Assembly: GCA_013416795.1 (NCBI GenBank)
Contig: RQSC01000071.1
Coordinates: 11,056 to 26,503 of the forward strand
Reading direction: 5' to 3'
Length of the DNA stretch: 15,448 nt
Source of the DNA: Prasinococcaceae sp. CCMP 1430
Lineage: Eukaryota > Plantae > Prasinodermophyta
Shown here: positions 15,446 through 15,448 of the stretch, one piece after another
Layout: the number at the start of each line of letters is the position of its first letter
How positions within the stretch are numbered: position 1 is the stretch's first letter
Made by a program: the position numbers and the translations under genes
Notes under the pieces: model-generated
The model's database searches: none
Seen by the model: only the letters and a program-made list of their open reading frames with translations
What the model was told of the DNA's origin: nothing

Positions 15446-15448
15446 CGC

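Noticed and set aside
1-15448. tRNA, rRNA or other structured RNA genes
   Set aside because: No cloverleaf, rRNA-like or snRNA-like segment was recognised, and the intergenic gaps are short. A covariance-model scan (tRNAscan-SE, Infernal/Rfam) would be needed to exclude small ncRNAs.

Overview
Very GC-rich, gene-dense eukaryotic genomic DNA. Short GT-AG introns with GCTGAC branch points and intergenic gaps of about 100-1000 bp suggest a compact algal, possibly prasinophyte-type, genome (inference only). Eight protein-coding genes are supported: an atypical GATA zinc-finger protein (+), a lactonase beta-propeller fused to a cupin_3 domain (+, first exon unresolved), SUMO E1 subunit UBA2/SAE2 (-), a spliced retropepsin-like aspartic protease with RGG, SIM-like and NLS motifs (+), a spliced LSMT/SETD-like SET-domain methyltransferase (+), a 4-exon Sel1-repeat/coiled-coil protein (-), a TTLL4/5-like tubulin glutamylase (+) and a two-WW-domain protein (-). 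No RNA genes, CRISPR arrays or mobile elements are supported. The best candidate for an undescribed system is the protease, which sits head-to-head with SUMO E1 with only 95 bp between start codons. Also notable are the lactonase-cupin fusion, a CX2CX23CX2C GATA finger, an exact 59-bp intragenic duplication and a perfect 14-bp hairpin in a divergent promoter. All calls come from motif recognition and manual translation; no database searches were run.
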